Shown piece by piece: positions 39,760-50,956 of a stretch of 64,000 nt of DNA. The stretch comes from Nitrosopumilaceae archaeon. GTDB taxonomy: Archaea > Thermoproteota > Nitrososphaeria > Nitrososphaerales > Nitrosopumilaceae. The position numbers and the translations under genes are program-made. Where the stretch lies: NCBI GenBank assembly GCA_965214835.1, contig CBDCCK010000002.1, positions 1,696,001 to 1,760,000 of the forward strand, in the 5' to 3' direction. Each line of letters starts with the position of its first letter. The stretch's first letter is position 1. A model generated the notes under the pieces. That model had not been told where the DNA came from, made no database searches, and saw nothing but the letters and a program-made list of their open reading frames with translations.

Positions 39760-40385
39760 TGAGCAGGCTGGACTCGATCAAGCGCGAAATCAGTACCCTG
39801 CCGCAGGGCGATCCCGCACATGATGCCTCCCACATTCTACGTGTCTACAAAAACGCAGAGCTGCTGTGCAAAAAGGAAAAGGTCGACCCCGAGCTGGTGC
39901 TGGCCTCGGTGCTGCTGCACGACATAGTCTCCTTTAAAAAGTCGGATCCCAGAAACAGGTCGGCCTCTGGCAGGAGCGCCGCCCGGGCCAGGCAAATACT
40001 GAGAAAACACGGCTACAGCCGGGGCGAGATTGCGATCATCTCTGACGCGGTACGGGATCACAGCTTTTCAAAAAATACGAGGCCAAAAACTATCGAGGGA
40101 CGGATCCTGCAGGATGCCGACCGCCTGGATGCCATCGGCGCCATAGGGATTGCCAGGGCCTTTGCCGTCGGCGGCTCAGAGAACAGGTCGCTGTACAACT
40201 CAGATGATCCCTTTTGCAAGGGCCGCAAGCCCGATGATGGCAAGTGGACTCTGGATCATTTCTACCGGAAACTGCTGAGGCTTGAGGGGCTGATGAATAC
40301 CGGAACCGGCAAATCCATTGCCCGGCAGAGGACCGACACTCTCAAGGGCTTTCTTGAGCAGCTAGGGCGGGAGATTTCCAGCTAG
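39759..40385 (+). CDS. HD-domain phosphohydrolase
   Basis: AHD..H..RV, LLHDI, QDADRLDAIGAIGIAR, HFYRKLL. Confidence 0.92.
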   Translation: MSRLDSIKREISTLPQGDPAHDASHILRVYKNAELLCKKEKVDPELVLASVLLHDIVSFKKSDPRNRSASGRSAARARQILRKHGYSRGEIAIISDAVRDHSFSKNTRPKTIEGRILQDADRLDAIGAIGIARAFAVGGSENRSLYNSDDPFCKGRKPDDGKWTLDHFYRKLLRLEGLMNTGTGKSIARQRTDTLKGFLEQLGREISS

Positions 40386-40605
40386 GTTGAGCGTGCCATG
40401 ACCGGGGCCTAAAGCCAACAGATGCAGGCGGTGTTGGCAGCCCTGGCATAGTCAACTCATAAAAAAATAGATAGTTTTGACAATTGCTTTTGGCCCAAGG
40501 GTCTGGGATCAGGCAAACCGTACGCACATGCATGGAAAAACAGAGAGTTCGCAACATCAGGGAGCAGATTCCTGCCAGGCAAGGCACCCATGCCTTTGCA
40601 GGGCG

Positions 40606-40688
40606 TATAGCAACGAGCAGAAATAATTGAGGTTTTTTACGTGTAGTTATGACCTACTTTGACTCAAAGACTTCTGCCCGTTGCTATA
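40606..40688. mobile_element. 83-bp MITE made of the two ends of the IS630 at 35656
   Basis: TATAGCAACGAGCAGAAATAATTGAGG ... CTCAAAGACTTCTGCCCGTTGCTATA correspond to the IS630 right and left ends in inverted orientation. Confidence 0.88.
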
Positions 40689-40692
40689 CTAG

Positions 40693-40808
40693 ACCGGCAA
40701 AAGGGAACGCGGCAGGCTGCCGTTGCGGTCAACTGAAAAGCGACTGGATGATGACTGCAGGGAACGTACCGGCAAAAGGGAACGCGGCAGGCTGCCGTTG
40801 CGGTCAGC
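40693..40808. repeat. ~40-bp direct repeat x2 (ACCGGCAAAAGGGAACGCGGCAGGCTGCCGTTGCGGTCA)
   Basis: Copies at ~40693 and ~40768. Confidence 0.85.
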
Positions 40809-41992
40809 CCGTCAGGCATCGGAACATCCTTACCGGAAGGATCTCGCGCCTGGCAAACAGCCCTCGCACGGACCGCTCCATGTCATCAAGAGTATCGAAT
40901 ATCCGGGCAGACATCCTTCGCTTTATCTCCCTGTACCGTATCTCGACGGGGTTGAGCTCCGGCGTGTACGGCAGTAGACTTTATGCGTAATCGACCTGAC
41001 TAAGATGAATTTGTTCATAATAATTCTAGATCTGGACCGATTACGCAAAGTCTAGTGTGTACTCGCAGTATTTCACCGTCGTACTTTTCCAGCGTCTCTT
41101 TCACGCCACCGGACTTGTGGTATGACGCATTGTCCAGGAATATCAGCACCTTGCCGTATCTTTCGTGCACCCTTTCTAAAAAGTCGCAAAAGCTGCCGGC
41201 GTTGGCCTTCTCATAGAACATAAAGTAGAATATGCCTGCTGCCAGCACGCCGAATATGTACCTGCGCTGCCGTGACAGGGACTAGGGCGTCGTGAGGCTC
41301 CTGCCGCGCTTTGTCCACCCGTATTTGGGGCTGTTTGAGGTCTTTTGGGTGGAGGACTCGTCTTCTGCCAGCACGGTAAATCCCTCTGCAGTCTTTTCCC
41401 TGATCAGCCTCTGTGCTGCCTCCTTGAACTCGTTTTGCTTGTGTTTTGAGACAGCCTTTGGGTTCTTTGGCCTTGATTTCTTCCAAGCGAACCCAAGCTC
41501 GTGTGCCAGCAGCCGCGTGCCGCTACTGTTGTACTGTATACCGAACTTCTTTCTGATGTGCCGCCTCATCAGGCGCGAGTCCCACAGGCTGCCCTCAAAG
41601 CCGCAGTCCCCGGGACCCGACTTGAGATCCTCGTCAAGCTGGCTCAGCTGCGACTCGCTCAGCTTGTGCTTGCGTCCCCTGCCTGCGCGCTCGTGTCTTG
41701 CGCGTATTCCCTCATCCTGTGCGCGGTTGAGCCACCGGGATATGGTGGAAGCTGCCCGGTCGAGGTTCTTTGCTATCTGTTCCGTACCGAGGCCGTCCTT
41801 GCGCTGCATGTATGCAAGCAGCCCGTCGCGTTCTCTCTTGTCAGCTGCCTTCTTGTACGCCTCGTGCAGGTAGGAGCGCCTTGTGTTTGGCAGGAACTCG
41901 TCTCCCGATGCCACGGATTCCTTTCTCTTTCTGTCTATGCATATGCGTATGCCTTGCCCGGTCTTAACCTTTGGATTAAAAATAGTTGCCAA
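40805..41992 (-). pseudogene. IS630-family transposase, frameshifted and MITE-interrupted
   Basis: HTH ISRWLNR, AEDES, FLDNASYHKS, then LPYTPELNPVE after the MITE. Confidence 0.88.
40975..41054. mobile_element. 80-bp TAGAC-family MITE inserted in the IS630 transposase
   Basis: TAGACTTTATGCGTAATCG / CGATTACGCAAAGTCTA; TA at both ends. Confidence 0.85.
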
Positions 41993-42247
41993 AGTTGTCC
42001 GTTTTTTTATGTGTTGACCATGTCATCTACATTTTGGGTATTGTATTTTTTTAAGTGATTTTACATCAGCTTAGCTTGAACCATGCAGAAATGAAATGTC
42101 ATTTCCCGCATCAGAAGATATGCCATAACCATATGTGACATGGTATGAGCGGTGGCCAATCATCGGCTGTGTTCCTTGAATCTTCCAACGAGGTCTAATC
42201 CAAGAATAAGAACTATCTATGTCTTGTGTGTTGGATCTTGTTTTGTT

Positions 42248-42721
42248 TCATATGATAGATGTTGGATCTTGTTTGCCCTTCTTGCACATGCGTCTAAACA
42301 CCAGAACTATCATTGCACTCAAAGAGCCAATAACAAGTATAACCATACCAAGTTGAAATTTCATGTAAGGGGCTCCCAAAGATTGGACAAGATCATACAT
42401 CACAGATGTGATGGTATTTTGCCTTGCCTCCTCTTCTGCATAATGGGAACGTAGAATCCAGTACTCTGGGTTCTCATCAGCTTGGCCTTGTGTCGGAATT
42501 CCAAGTTTGTTCATTTCTCGAATAATAGCATCAAGTTCAGAGTCTTGCGTGTCGGTGCGTGTGGTGTTAGTAGTATCACGTATACGCTCTGCTTGTTCTC
42601 CAAGTCTTTGTATTTTTTCATCTCGTGTCTCCTCCGCAAAGGCGGCGTTGCCCGAAAGCGACAGTATGGCCACTGCGATCAGGGAGGCGGCAATGACAGT
42701 TCTTGCGTCTTTTGCAATCAT
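42248..42721 (-). CDS. Secreted or membrane-anchored hypothetical protein
   Basis: Signal peptide VIAASLIAVAILSLSGNAAFA; C-terminal TM segment. Confidence 0.6.
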   Translation of the reverse strand: MIAKDARTVIAASLIAVAILSLSGNAAFAEETRDEKIQRLGEQAERIRDTTNTTRTDTQDSELDAIIREMNKLGIPTQGQADENPEYWILRSHYAEEEARQNTITSVMYDLVQSLGAPYMKFQLGMVILVIGSLSAMIVLVFRRMCKKGKQDPTSII

Positions 42722-42829
42722 TGTTGATACAGTTCGAGGTAGTTGCATATAATTACTATGTCTATACTGTAGCACACTGTAGCACATTGTGTTGCATTGT
42801 GACACAAATTGCAAATGGCAGCCTGACTT

Positions 42830-43072
42830 CTAACCATCGTGCTCATCCCAGTCGGAGCCAGGCGCGACGCTAATCGTCACCGTTCCGTCACTCATGTCAA
42901 ACGATACCTTCTTGCCGGGCACAAACTGGGCAAACAGCTGCTCCATCATGTGCCTGACAAACAGCGACCATGTCATTCCCATGTCGTGACTCACCGTAAA
43001 GATGTGCATCCCGTTTGCCACCGCGTGGTCATGCCATTCCAGTGGCCCGCATGTACTCCTCAAGCGTAGCAA
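42830..43072 (-). pseudogene. C-terminal fragment of a thaumarchaeal output-domain (NitrOD5-like) protein
   Basis: HDMGMTWSLFVRHMMEQLF motif; truncated next to an IS630. Confidence 0.5.
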
Positions 43073-43150
43073 CTATGCGAGTAACCAATCACAAAAAGGA
43101 CAGGAAACTTTCACCAAAATATCTAGATCAGACACGGTGAAGCAATACGC

Positions 43151-44251
43151 ATGAAACCAGACGACTCAATGATACCAGTAGGGGACAAGTCTCTTTCCAA
43201 CGTCTCGGCCCCGTCCCTCGAGAGGTACAAAAACGAGACCGACTCTAAGGCCGCAGCCAGGCTGACGGCCTACATACGGCGCAAAAAAGGCGACTCGATA
43301 CGCCAGATAGCCAGGCAGCTCGGCCGGGGGTATACGATACGCGACTGGCTGATACGGGCCATGCAGCTTGGCATACAGGGCAGGTACGACATCAAGAGGC
43401 CCGGCACCAAGATGTGGCCGGATGCAGGGAATCTCAAGCAGGTACGCGCCAACCTGGTTGCGGGCCCGCGCAGCTGCGGATTCGAGTCGGAGGTGTGGAC
43501 CGCACCGCTGCTTGCTGTACACATCAAAAAGAAATACAAGGTAGACTATGCCGTATCCAGCGTATGCAAGATGATGCGCATGCCTGGGCTTTTCATGGAG
43601 GCCTCGCCCAAAGCACCCAAAACCAGCCTCAGAATCCGAGAAAGAGGAATTCAAAAAAAAAAGCTAGGTGGTACGCAAGGCACCACTCGAAGAGGGGATA
43701 CACGGCAATGACAGGGGACGAGGCCTCGTTCATCCTTGGGTGGAACGTCAAGAACAGCTGGTACCCCGTGGGAAGGCCCGGTCTATGCGCCCTCCAACCT
43801 GTCAAATGAGAGATTCTACTCGATCGGGGCCCTGTCGGCAAACGGACTTGACTGCCGTTTTTACAAAAAGGCCAAGTACACGCTCATCAAGTTTCTCAAG
43901 GTGCTACGCCGCAAGTACGGCAAGGTGCTGCTGTTTGTCGACAACGCATCGTATCACAGGGCCGGGCTGGTCAGGGAGCAGCTAACAGAATGGAATGGCG
44001 ACGTGGTGCTAAGGTTCCTGCCGCCGTACACGCCGGAGCTTGACCCAGTCGAGATACAGTGGAGGGCGATAAAGCGAAGGCTGCCTGCCAAGGTGTTTGA
44101 GACGCTAGATGACATGGAGCGGCCCGTGCAGAGGCTGCCTGCCAAGCGTGAGGTTCTGCCAGTGAAACTGTTCAAATACTTGACGGGCTGGCTACAGAAA
44201 AATCGGGCCATTCACATGATTTTTAATCATGTGTCACCTCTCTGGACTTAG
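43151..44251 (+). pseudogene. IS630-family transposase with several frameshifts, including an A10 run at ~43653
   Basis: TIRDWL, WTAPL, TGDEASF, FVDNASYH and LPPYTPELDPVE across three frames. Confidence 0.88.
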
Positions 44252-44334
44252 TCCGAGCTGCTGTGCGGCATCCCTTCAAAATACGCGCCATGCATGCTGA
44301 TTTCATAAAAACAGGGGTATGGCCGTCCCATGAT

Positions 44335-44718
44335 TCATGCCTTGGTATAATCATGGTACAGCACCTCGTTTAGGATTTTGTCGACTATCTGGTGCTGTCC
44401 CCCATGGTTGTCTATGGTTACAAGCAGCAGGTTGCCGCTTTTCAGGGGGATTGTGACCCTTCGCAGCTTTTCGTACACTGCCAGCGTGTATATGCCGTTG
44501 CCTATCTTGTCATAATGCTTCATCCTTGACTTCCAGGCAGCCGCCGCATGCTGCAGGGTCTCCTGCGTGTCCGAAGGCGACAGGTACATGCCTACGCCCG
44601 GCCTGCTCCTTGAGACGATCTGGTTTCCGTCCATGTCGCTTACGGCTACAAACCTTATGTTCTCGTCTATCTTCAAAATCCTCTCCAGCCTCTGGTTATA
44701 GTCAGGAGTCTGAGACAT
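44335..44718 (-). CDS. Roadblock/PAS-like thaumarchaeal protein (DUF6659-like)
   Basis: IRFVAVSDMDG, YTLAVYEKLRRVTIPL. Confidence 0.7.
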   Translation of the reverse strand: MSQTPDYNQRLERILKIDENIRFVAVSDMDGNQIVSRSRPGVGMYLSPSDTQETLQHAAAAWKSRMKHYDKIGNGIYTLAVYEKLRRVTIPLKSGNLLLVTIDNHGGQHQIVDKILNEVLYHDYTKA

Positions 44719-44808
44719 GCCTCACTGCAACTCTGTTGCAACATAAAGATCGATCAGGTCGTTCCAAAAATCTGTGAGATTTTCAGGGGTTTTTCAAACA
44801 GATTTTGA

Positions 44809-45120
44809 CTATCCATAGTCTACGTATCGCCGGTGTCTTTTCTCGACCTCGCCGTTTGCCCCGTCCCTGATTCTCCTGATCTCCTGATCCCTCCTCCACC
44901 GGATGAACCTTGAGAGCTCCTCGAACCTCTCATTGTCCGGAAACGATCCGTAAAGCCCGTCTAGTCTCTCAAAGTACTCGACTGTCTTTTCCCTAAACTC
45001 CTCGGCCGTCGGGGCCCTGATCCCGTTTAGCCTGAACCACAGGGTGGCCCAGCTGGCCCCTGCCACGTGCGGGAGAAGGTCAAAGGCCCGCTCTATCTCG
45101 AACCGCTCGTCGTCCCTCAT
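44809..45120 (-). CDS. Hypothetical protein downstream of hemB
   Basis: ATG overlaps the hemB stop; ERFEIERAFDLLPH...RYVDYG. Confidence 0.75.
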   Translation of the reverse strand: MRDDERFEIERAFDLLPHVAGASWATLWFRLNGIRAPTAEEFREKTVEYFERLDGLYGSFPDNERFEELSRFIRWRRDQEIRRIRDGANGEVEKRHRRYVDYG

Positions 45121-46100
45121 CGGCCCTCGTTTAGGAGCCTGGCGGCCGATTTTGCAAAGTATGTCACAATCATGTCTGCCCCCGCCCTCTTGATCGAGTG
45201 CAAAATCTCCTGCATTATGTCGTCCTCGTCAACCCATCCCTGTCTTGCGGCCCCCTTTACCAGCGCGTATTCTCCGGACACGCTGTAGGCTGCCACGGGA
45301 ACATTGAACCTCCTCCTGGTCTCTGAAATCAAATCAAGGTAGGACAGCGCCGGTTTTATCATGACGATGTCGACTCCCTCGCCGACGTCGGCCTCGACCT
45401 CCCTGATTGCCTCCCTGGCGTTGGTATATGGAACCTGGTATGTCCTTCTGTCCCCGAACTTTGGCGCACACTCTGCGGCGTCCCTGAATGGCGAGTAAAA
45501 GCTGGAGCGGTGCTTTGCAGAGTGCGACATTATGCCGACATCTGAGAACCCCTCCCCGTCCAGCCCCCTCCTGATGCCTGCAACCTGTCCGTCCATCATC
45601 GCAGACGGCGATACGATGTCAACCCCCGCCCTTGCCTGGCTGATTGCAATCCTTGACAGGATTTCGTTGCTTGCATCGTTGTCAACCCTGTCTTTCCTGA
45701 TGATCCCGCAGTGGCCTGCAGACGTATACTGACACAGGCAGACGTCTGCCATGATTATCATCCTGTCCCCAAAGCTTTTCCTTACCTCGGCAATTGCCCT
45801 CTGTACGATGCCGTCTTCTGCAAACGCCGACGTTCCGGCATCGTCCTTGCATGCCGGGATCCCAAACAGCATGATTGCCGGAATTCCCAGGTCCGAGATT
45901 GCCCCGACCTCGCCGCTCAGATCCTCTAGGGGAAGCCTCTCCACATCCGGCATCGAGTCGATCCTTGCCCTGGCCTTGAGGCCCTCCTGGACGAAGACCG
46001 GCGCAATAAAGTCACTGGGGGACAGCCTTGTCTCCCTGACCAGCTCCCTGATTTTTTCTGACGCCCTCATTCTTCGAAGACGGATAGCTGGAAACGACAT
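45117..46100 (-). CDS. hemB: Porphobilinogen synthase
   Basis: RLRRMR, DVCLCQYTSAGHCG, SAMMDG, MIKPA, YSVSGEY. Confidence 0.96.
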   Translation of the reverse strand: MSFPAIRLRRMRASEKIRELVRETRLSPSDFIAPVFVQEGLKARARIDSMPDVERLPLEDLSGEVGAISDLGIPAIMLFGIPACKDDAGTSAFAEDGIVQRAIAEVRKSFGDRMIIMADVCLCQYTSAGHCGIIRKDRVDNDASNEILSRIAISQARAGVDIVSPSAMMDGQVAGIRRGLDGEGFSDVGIMSHSAKHRSSFYSPFRDAAECAPKFGDRRTYQVPYTNAREAIREVEADVGEGVDIVMIKPALSYLDLISETRRRFNVPVAAYSVSGEYALVKGAARQGWVDEDDIMQEILHSIKRAGADMIVTYFAKSAARLLNEGR

Positions 46101-46137
46101 TTGCTCAAGTCCCGCCCCCTGCAAATATAATCCTAGT

Positions 46138-47397
46138 CTACCGCTGTTCGTCTTTGTTATAGTCAAACAGCCTGCCTGCCACGTCCACCATGTCTGACTC
46201 GCCGCCCTCTGACGCCTTTCGAAGGTTGTTCATCGGGGTCGAGACGATGCTTTCCACCACCGCCTTTGTCAGCTCCTCGATGATCCTGATCCTGTCCTCG
46301 TCTCTCTCCCCGAGCATTTTCAGCGCCTTTTGAAGCTCCCTCTCCCTCCGGGCATCTATGCTCCTGAAGATCTCCCTGACTAGTGGTTCTGCATTTAGAC
46401 GGTTCATCGACGCCTCTAGTGCGTCTAGCTCGCCGTTGATTATATTTTCAACGGTCTTTACCTTGCCGATCCGGCTCCTCATGTTCTTGTCTACCATCTC
46501 CGCTATCTGATCAAGGTTCATCAGCTTGACGCCTGAGAGCGTGGCTACCCGTTCGTCGACCGTTCTGGGGTTGGAAAGATCCAGGATCATCATGCCTCCC
46601 CGCCTCTCCCTGATGGCGCCGGCAATCCTCTCATGGGTTACCAGGGAATACGGCGCAGTCGTCGCGACCAGGATCACGTCATAGCTCCCAAATCCCGAGA
46701 GAATCTCCTCGAACCTCACCGGCGATCCACCCAGCGTTTCGCAAAACGCCCTTGCCCTCTGCATCGTCCTGCTGGTAACGTGAAAATCGTATCCCCTGCG
46801 TGCCAGTGACTTTGCAACCAGCGTTGATATCTCCCCCGTCCCGATCAGTAGGACAGTCTTTGACTTTAGCTCGTCAACGTTTTCCTCTGCAAGCTTGACT
46901 GCCATGGAGCCGACCGAGATTCCCCCCCTGCTGATCTCCGTCGTGTTTCTGATTTTCGCTCCGATCCGTATGGCCTTCTCAAACAGCGTGTTGAGGAGCT
47001 CCCCTGATGATCCTGCGGCTCTAGCGCCGGAGATCGAGCCCTTTATCTGGCCTAGGATCTGCTCCTCTCCTATCACCATGGAGTCAAGTCCTGAGGTCAG
47101 CCTCAGGAGGTGCCTGAATACGTCTGCGTTCTCCACGCATTCAAAGCTCTCATCAAACGCGTTCTCCTCTAGTCCAGCAAGCGAGGCCCATGTCCTCTTT
47201 ATCCTTTGGATGTCACCGCCGCCCGTGGCGAAGAGCTCGACCCTGTTGCATGTCTGCAGTATGACGCACTCGTCTAGGCCCGAATGCCTTTTGAACCGCT
47301 CGTATGCCTCCCCCATGTTCTTGAAGGTGAATCTTTCCAGTACGTGAATCGGCGCATTGCGAAACGTGACCCTTGCATTGATTATGTTATTTTTCAT
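46138..47397 (-). CDS. hemA: Glutamyl-tRNA reductase
   Basis: QTCNRVE, SGLDSMVIGEEQILGQ, IGTGE, DLSNPR. Confidence 0.96.
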   Translation of the reverse strand: MKNNIINARVTFRNAPIHVLERFTFKNMGEAYERFKRHSGLDECVILQTCNRVELFATGGGDIQRIKRTWASLAGLEENAFDESFECVENADVFRHLLRLTSGLDSMVIGEEQILGQIKGSISGARAAGSSGELLNTLFEKAIRIGAKIRNTTEISRGGISVGSMAVKLAEENVDELKSKTVLLIGTGEISTLVAKSLARRGYDFHVTSRTMQRARAFCETLGGSPVRFEEILSGFGSYDVILVATTAPYSLVTHERIAGAIRERRGGMMILDLSNPRTVDERVATLSGVKLMNLDQIAEMVDKNMRSRIGKVKTVENIINGELDALEASMNRLNAEPLVREIFRSIDARRERELQKALKMLGERDEDRIRIIEELTKAVVESIVSTPMNNLRKASEGGESDMVDVAGRLFDYNKDEQR

Positions 47398-48046
47398 CCC
47401 ACTCACTCAGCATCCTCTCAACCTGCGCCTGGGCCCCCACGAGGTCGTCGTTTCTTATGAATCCTTTAACCGTTTGGTCGTTTATCACCCTGTACAGGAA
47501 TGATCTCCTCTGCTGCTGGGTGCCGATCTTCTGCTTGGCCTTCTCCCTTGCGATCCCCTGCAGCCTGATCTGCGCTACATCCTCACTGCTTACGATCTTC
47601 CTGAGCACCCTTTCGGCCTTGATCCTTATCCTCCTTGCCATTGCGGGGCTCCTGCCACCGGTGGAGACGGCGACCTGTACGGCATCCTCGATGTTGATTA
47701 CCGACGGGTGTGCAAAGTCGCTCACGTCCGGATCATCTGATGCGTATGCCAGGCAGCCCATTGACTTTGCCTTTTGAACGATTTTGCGGTTCAACTCCCT
47801 GTCGTCTGTCGTTGCCATTACGACGTATGGCCTGTACTCTGACAGGAACTCTGCATCCTTTAGCGCAGTTTTCTTGAACTTTATTTTTTTTGATCTTACA
47901 TGCCTGTCAATCTGCTTGCCGGCATCGCTGCTGACTAGTACGACCTCGCAATCCTGAGTCAGAAGGGAGTTGATTTTTTTGAGTCCCTCCGAGCCCCCTC
48001 CCACCACTATGACCTGCTGGCCGTTCAGATGGAGATCAACAATCAA
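47387..48046 (-). CDS. Precorrin-2 dehydrogenase (SirC / CysG N-terminal)
   Basis: VVGGG, ATTDD..LN, DFAHPS, VSTGGRSPAMA. Confidence 0.92.
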   Translation of the reverse strand: MIVDLHLNGQQVIVVGGGSEGLKKINSLLTQDCEVVLVSSDAGKQIDRHVRSKKIKFKKTALKDAEFLSEYRPYVVMATTDDRELNRKIVQKAKSMGCLAYASDDPDVSDFAHPSVINIEDAVQVAVSTGGRSPAMARRIRIKAERVLRKIVSSEDVAQIRLQGIAREKAKQKIGTQQQRRSFLYRVINDQTVKGFIRNDDLVGAQAQVERMLSEWDEK

Positions 48047-48422
48047 CGATCCTTGGGATCTGAATTTCTATTTATAGATTCAAAAGTCCACGTGGCAAGA
48101 TCACCTCCTGGATTATCCCTGCCTCCCAGTCCCCTGCAGACCTGTAGCGCGTACAGCTGAGAATGGATCATTCTTTGTGAGGCCGCACCCCCTTTGCTGG
48201 CCAGGCATGAAAATCACGCCTGCATGTGATTCGTGCCTGACTACTAGGGGAGGGTGGCCCGTACCATTTTTTTATCGAGGCAGGCACGGCATGTCAAGGC
48301 CATGACCCATTTTTTGATGCGGGCACTGGAACCCCGGGCGAGCATGCAAGGGACTCATCCGGGGGCACTGGGGCAGGGCACGCGCAAAAGCGAAAGACAC
48401 TTGGACTGGGGGCTTTTTGGCA

Positions 48423-49475
48423 TCAGGGATTGATGACTGCACGGCCGACAATTTTCCGCTCCCTGAGATCACTGAGGGCGCTTCCTGCGTCATCCAGGGA
48501 ATAGTGCTTGGAGACAATCGGGTTGATCGAGCCCTTTTTTGCTAATTCCAGCAGTTTGACCATGTCGTCATAGCTCCCTGTATAGGCGCCTTGTATGGTA
48601 ATTGCCTTCAGCGGAATGGTGACCAGCGGCAGCTCGATTGAGCCGCCAAACAGCCCCACCAGTACGATGCTTCCCCTCTTTCGCAGCACAGACAGGCCCA
48701 GCTTGGCAGTCGGGGGGGCATTTACAAAGTCGACAACGCTGTCTGCGCCCCTGTCGTTGCATATTGAGAGGATCTTCTGGCCGGTCTGCGGATCCTTGGA
48801 GTTTAGTGTAAAGTCGGCGCCCATGTCCTTGGCAGTCTGAAGCTTCTCATCATCCAGGTCAACGCAGATGACCTTGGCACCTGTGATGGCCTTGGCGATT
48901 TGTACTCCCATGAGGCCAAGACCGCCGGCGCCTATCACCACGAGGAATTCAGGCGAGTTGGCGTTTGCCTTTTTGATGGCAGTATATGCAGTCAGGCCGG
49001 AGCAGGCAAGGGACGCGGCGCCCTCTAGATCAACGCCGGACACCTTTGCAAGGTACTTGTAATCGGGCACAAGGACGTATTCTGCATATCCTCCGTTTTG
49101 GAAGACGCCCAGTGATTTTGGGGTATCGCACAGGTTTTCGCTTCCAGCCTTGCAGGCAGTGCACCGACCGCACCCGATCCACGGATAGATCAGGACCTCG
49201 TCGCCCACCGAGATGCCATGGACGTCTGGGCCTGTTTCATGCACAGAGCCTACGATTTCATGTCCGGGGGTGACGGGATACCTTACCCCCCTGTCGGTGA
49301 CCTTCATGACGGTTCCGTCGCCTAGGTCATAGCCACCCTCCCACAGGTGGAGGTCGCTGTGACATACGCCTGCTGCCTTGACCCTGACTACGACTTGGTG
49401 GCCAGAGGGCCGGGGATTCTCGACTTCTTGAACCTTCAGCGGGGCGTCCGGCTCTGTAATTTGGGCGACCTTCAT
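48423..49475 (-). CDS. Zn-dependent alcohol dehydrogenase
   Basis: GVCHSDLH, PGHE, CGRC..C.......C, GAGGLG. Confidence 0.95.
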   Translation of the reverse strand: MKVAQITEPDAPLKVQEVENPRPSGHQVVVRVKAAGVCHSDLHLWEGGYDLGDGTVMKVTDRGVRYPVTPGHEIVGSVHETGPDVHGISVGDEVLIYPWIGCGRCTACKAGSENLCDTPKSLGVFQNGGYAEYVLVPDYKYLAKVSGVDLEGAASLACSGLTAYTAIKKANANSPEFLVVIGAGGLGLMGVQIAKAITGAKVICVDLDDEKLQTAKDMGADFTLNSKDPQTGQKILSICNDRGADSVVDFVNAPPTAKLGLSVLRKRGSIVLVGLFGGSIELPLVTIPLKAITIQGAYTGSYDDMVKLLELAKKGSINPIVSKHYSLDDAGSALSDLRERKIVGRAVINP

Positions 49476-49509
49476 GCTCTCAAGGGATCGTCATTGCAAT
49501 ATAAGAATT

Positions 49510-49815
49510 AACTTTACGGCTTGGCATGCCGCATATGACTCGTATGAAAACTGCGAGGCCACAGCCGACGGCGGCAGGAACCATACGGTGCGTCCGCGCA
49601 CCGGGTACACGGCACGCGGGCCCAACACCCGAACCGAGACGCTCCGGCGGCACGAAAGGAATCGCGACGGGCTTGAGGAGGCATGCCACCAGCACATCCT
49701 CGCGGGGGCGGATTTTTCGTCGATGAAGGCCAGGCCTGTCCCCACGGTGCGTGCCATGTCGCCTTTGATGCAGTCACTCAGGCTGACCTTCAAGGCATTC
49801 TGATATGATCTGGTA
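49510..49815 (+). pseudogene. IS5-family transposase C-terminal remnant
   Basis: AYDSYEN...RPR...FSSMKAR...VRA....Q.L.L resembles the IS5 D..YD and E..FS..K regions. Confidence 0.55.
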
Positions 49816-50036
49816 TATGGGGGGGGACCGGCAGCGCCGACACGGCGGCATCCTGTCTGTAGTGGATGCTATGCAGCGCCACGTCAAAATACGGCCCTGG
49901 GCTGCACGATACGGAACGTGACGCAGATCCGTCCCCGGTGCTGGCAGTAATTGTGTCATGGTTTGGTGTGGTTCACCGCAAAAACCACGCCTTAAAGCCA
50001 CGATTCTGGACAACGCCGGTGCGATGATTTATTTTT

Positions 50037-50956
50037 GGTAATACGTAGTCATTTGGCCGAGCAAAAAACAGATAATACGACCAGCATTCGTGCCCAAGTC
50101 GTGCCTAGCACAGATCCAATAAAACTGGCCAATAGCGTGTCAAAAAGTAGGGTCTATTTTCGACACGCCAGATGGAATGGAAGGAGGACATGTCCCAAAT
50201 GCGAGTGCAGGGGGGGTCTATCGCACAGGAGATCGATTCCGGTGTAAAAGATGCTGGTATAGGTTCGACGAGTTTACTGGCACATATTTGGCAAGGATCA
50301 GGCTTCCACCCAACACGGTAATCCTTTTGCTGTATCTGTTTTCGGTAGGAGTTCCGGCATACAGGTTGCGATTTAGCATAAACGTCAGTCTTAGGTCCAT
50401 AGAACATGCGTTCATGGTGTTTCGCGATGCCATATACGAGGCCGCAATCAGAGAGATGAAAATGCTGTCTGGAGACATAGAATTTGATGAGGCGATGTTC
50501 GGGGGACATCGTAAAGGAAAGCGTGGCTGGGGTGCAGAAGGCAAGACGATCGTATTTGGAATATATGCGAGAAGCGGACAGGTAATGACGTTTCCAGTAC
50601 CTGACCGAAAACGCACCACTCTCCGGCCGCTGATCGAAAAGCACACCAAGGCAGGTTCGCTATACTATACAGACGAGCATACTGCATATGCGTTTCTCTC
50701 CACCAGGGGAATGCACAAGACGGTAACCCACAGCAACGACGAGTTTGTACGTGATGTAAATATCCACATCAATGGAATGGAGGGGTTCTGGAGCTATGCC
50801 AAACACTGGATGTACCAGTACCGTGGGATTCGAAAACGGTACTTTCCCCTTTATTTGAAGGAGGTAGAGTTCAGATTCAACCATCGAAACGAGGATTTGT
50901 TTCCAATATTGGCGGATCTGTTAGTAAATCGCTCGGCCAAATGACTACGTATTACC
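50037..50956 (+). mobile_element. IS1595-family insertion sequence
   Basis: Perfect 26-bp TIRs GGTAATACGTAGTCATTTGGCCGAGC; transposase EFDE, YTDE, HINGMEGFWS, YLKEVEFRFN; zinc finger frameshifted at a G run at ~50210. Confidence 0.93.
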
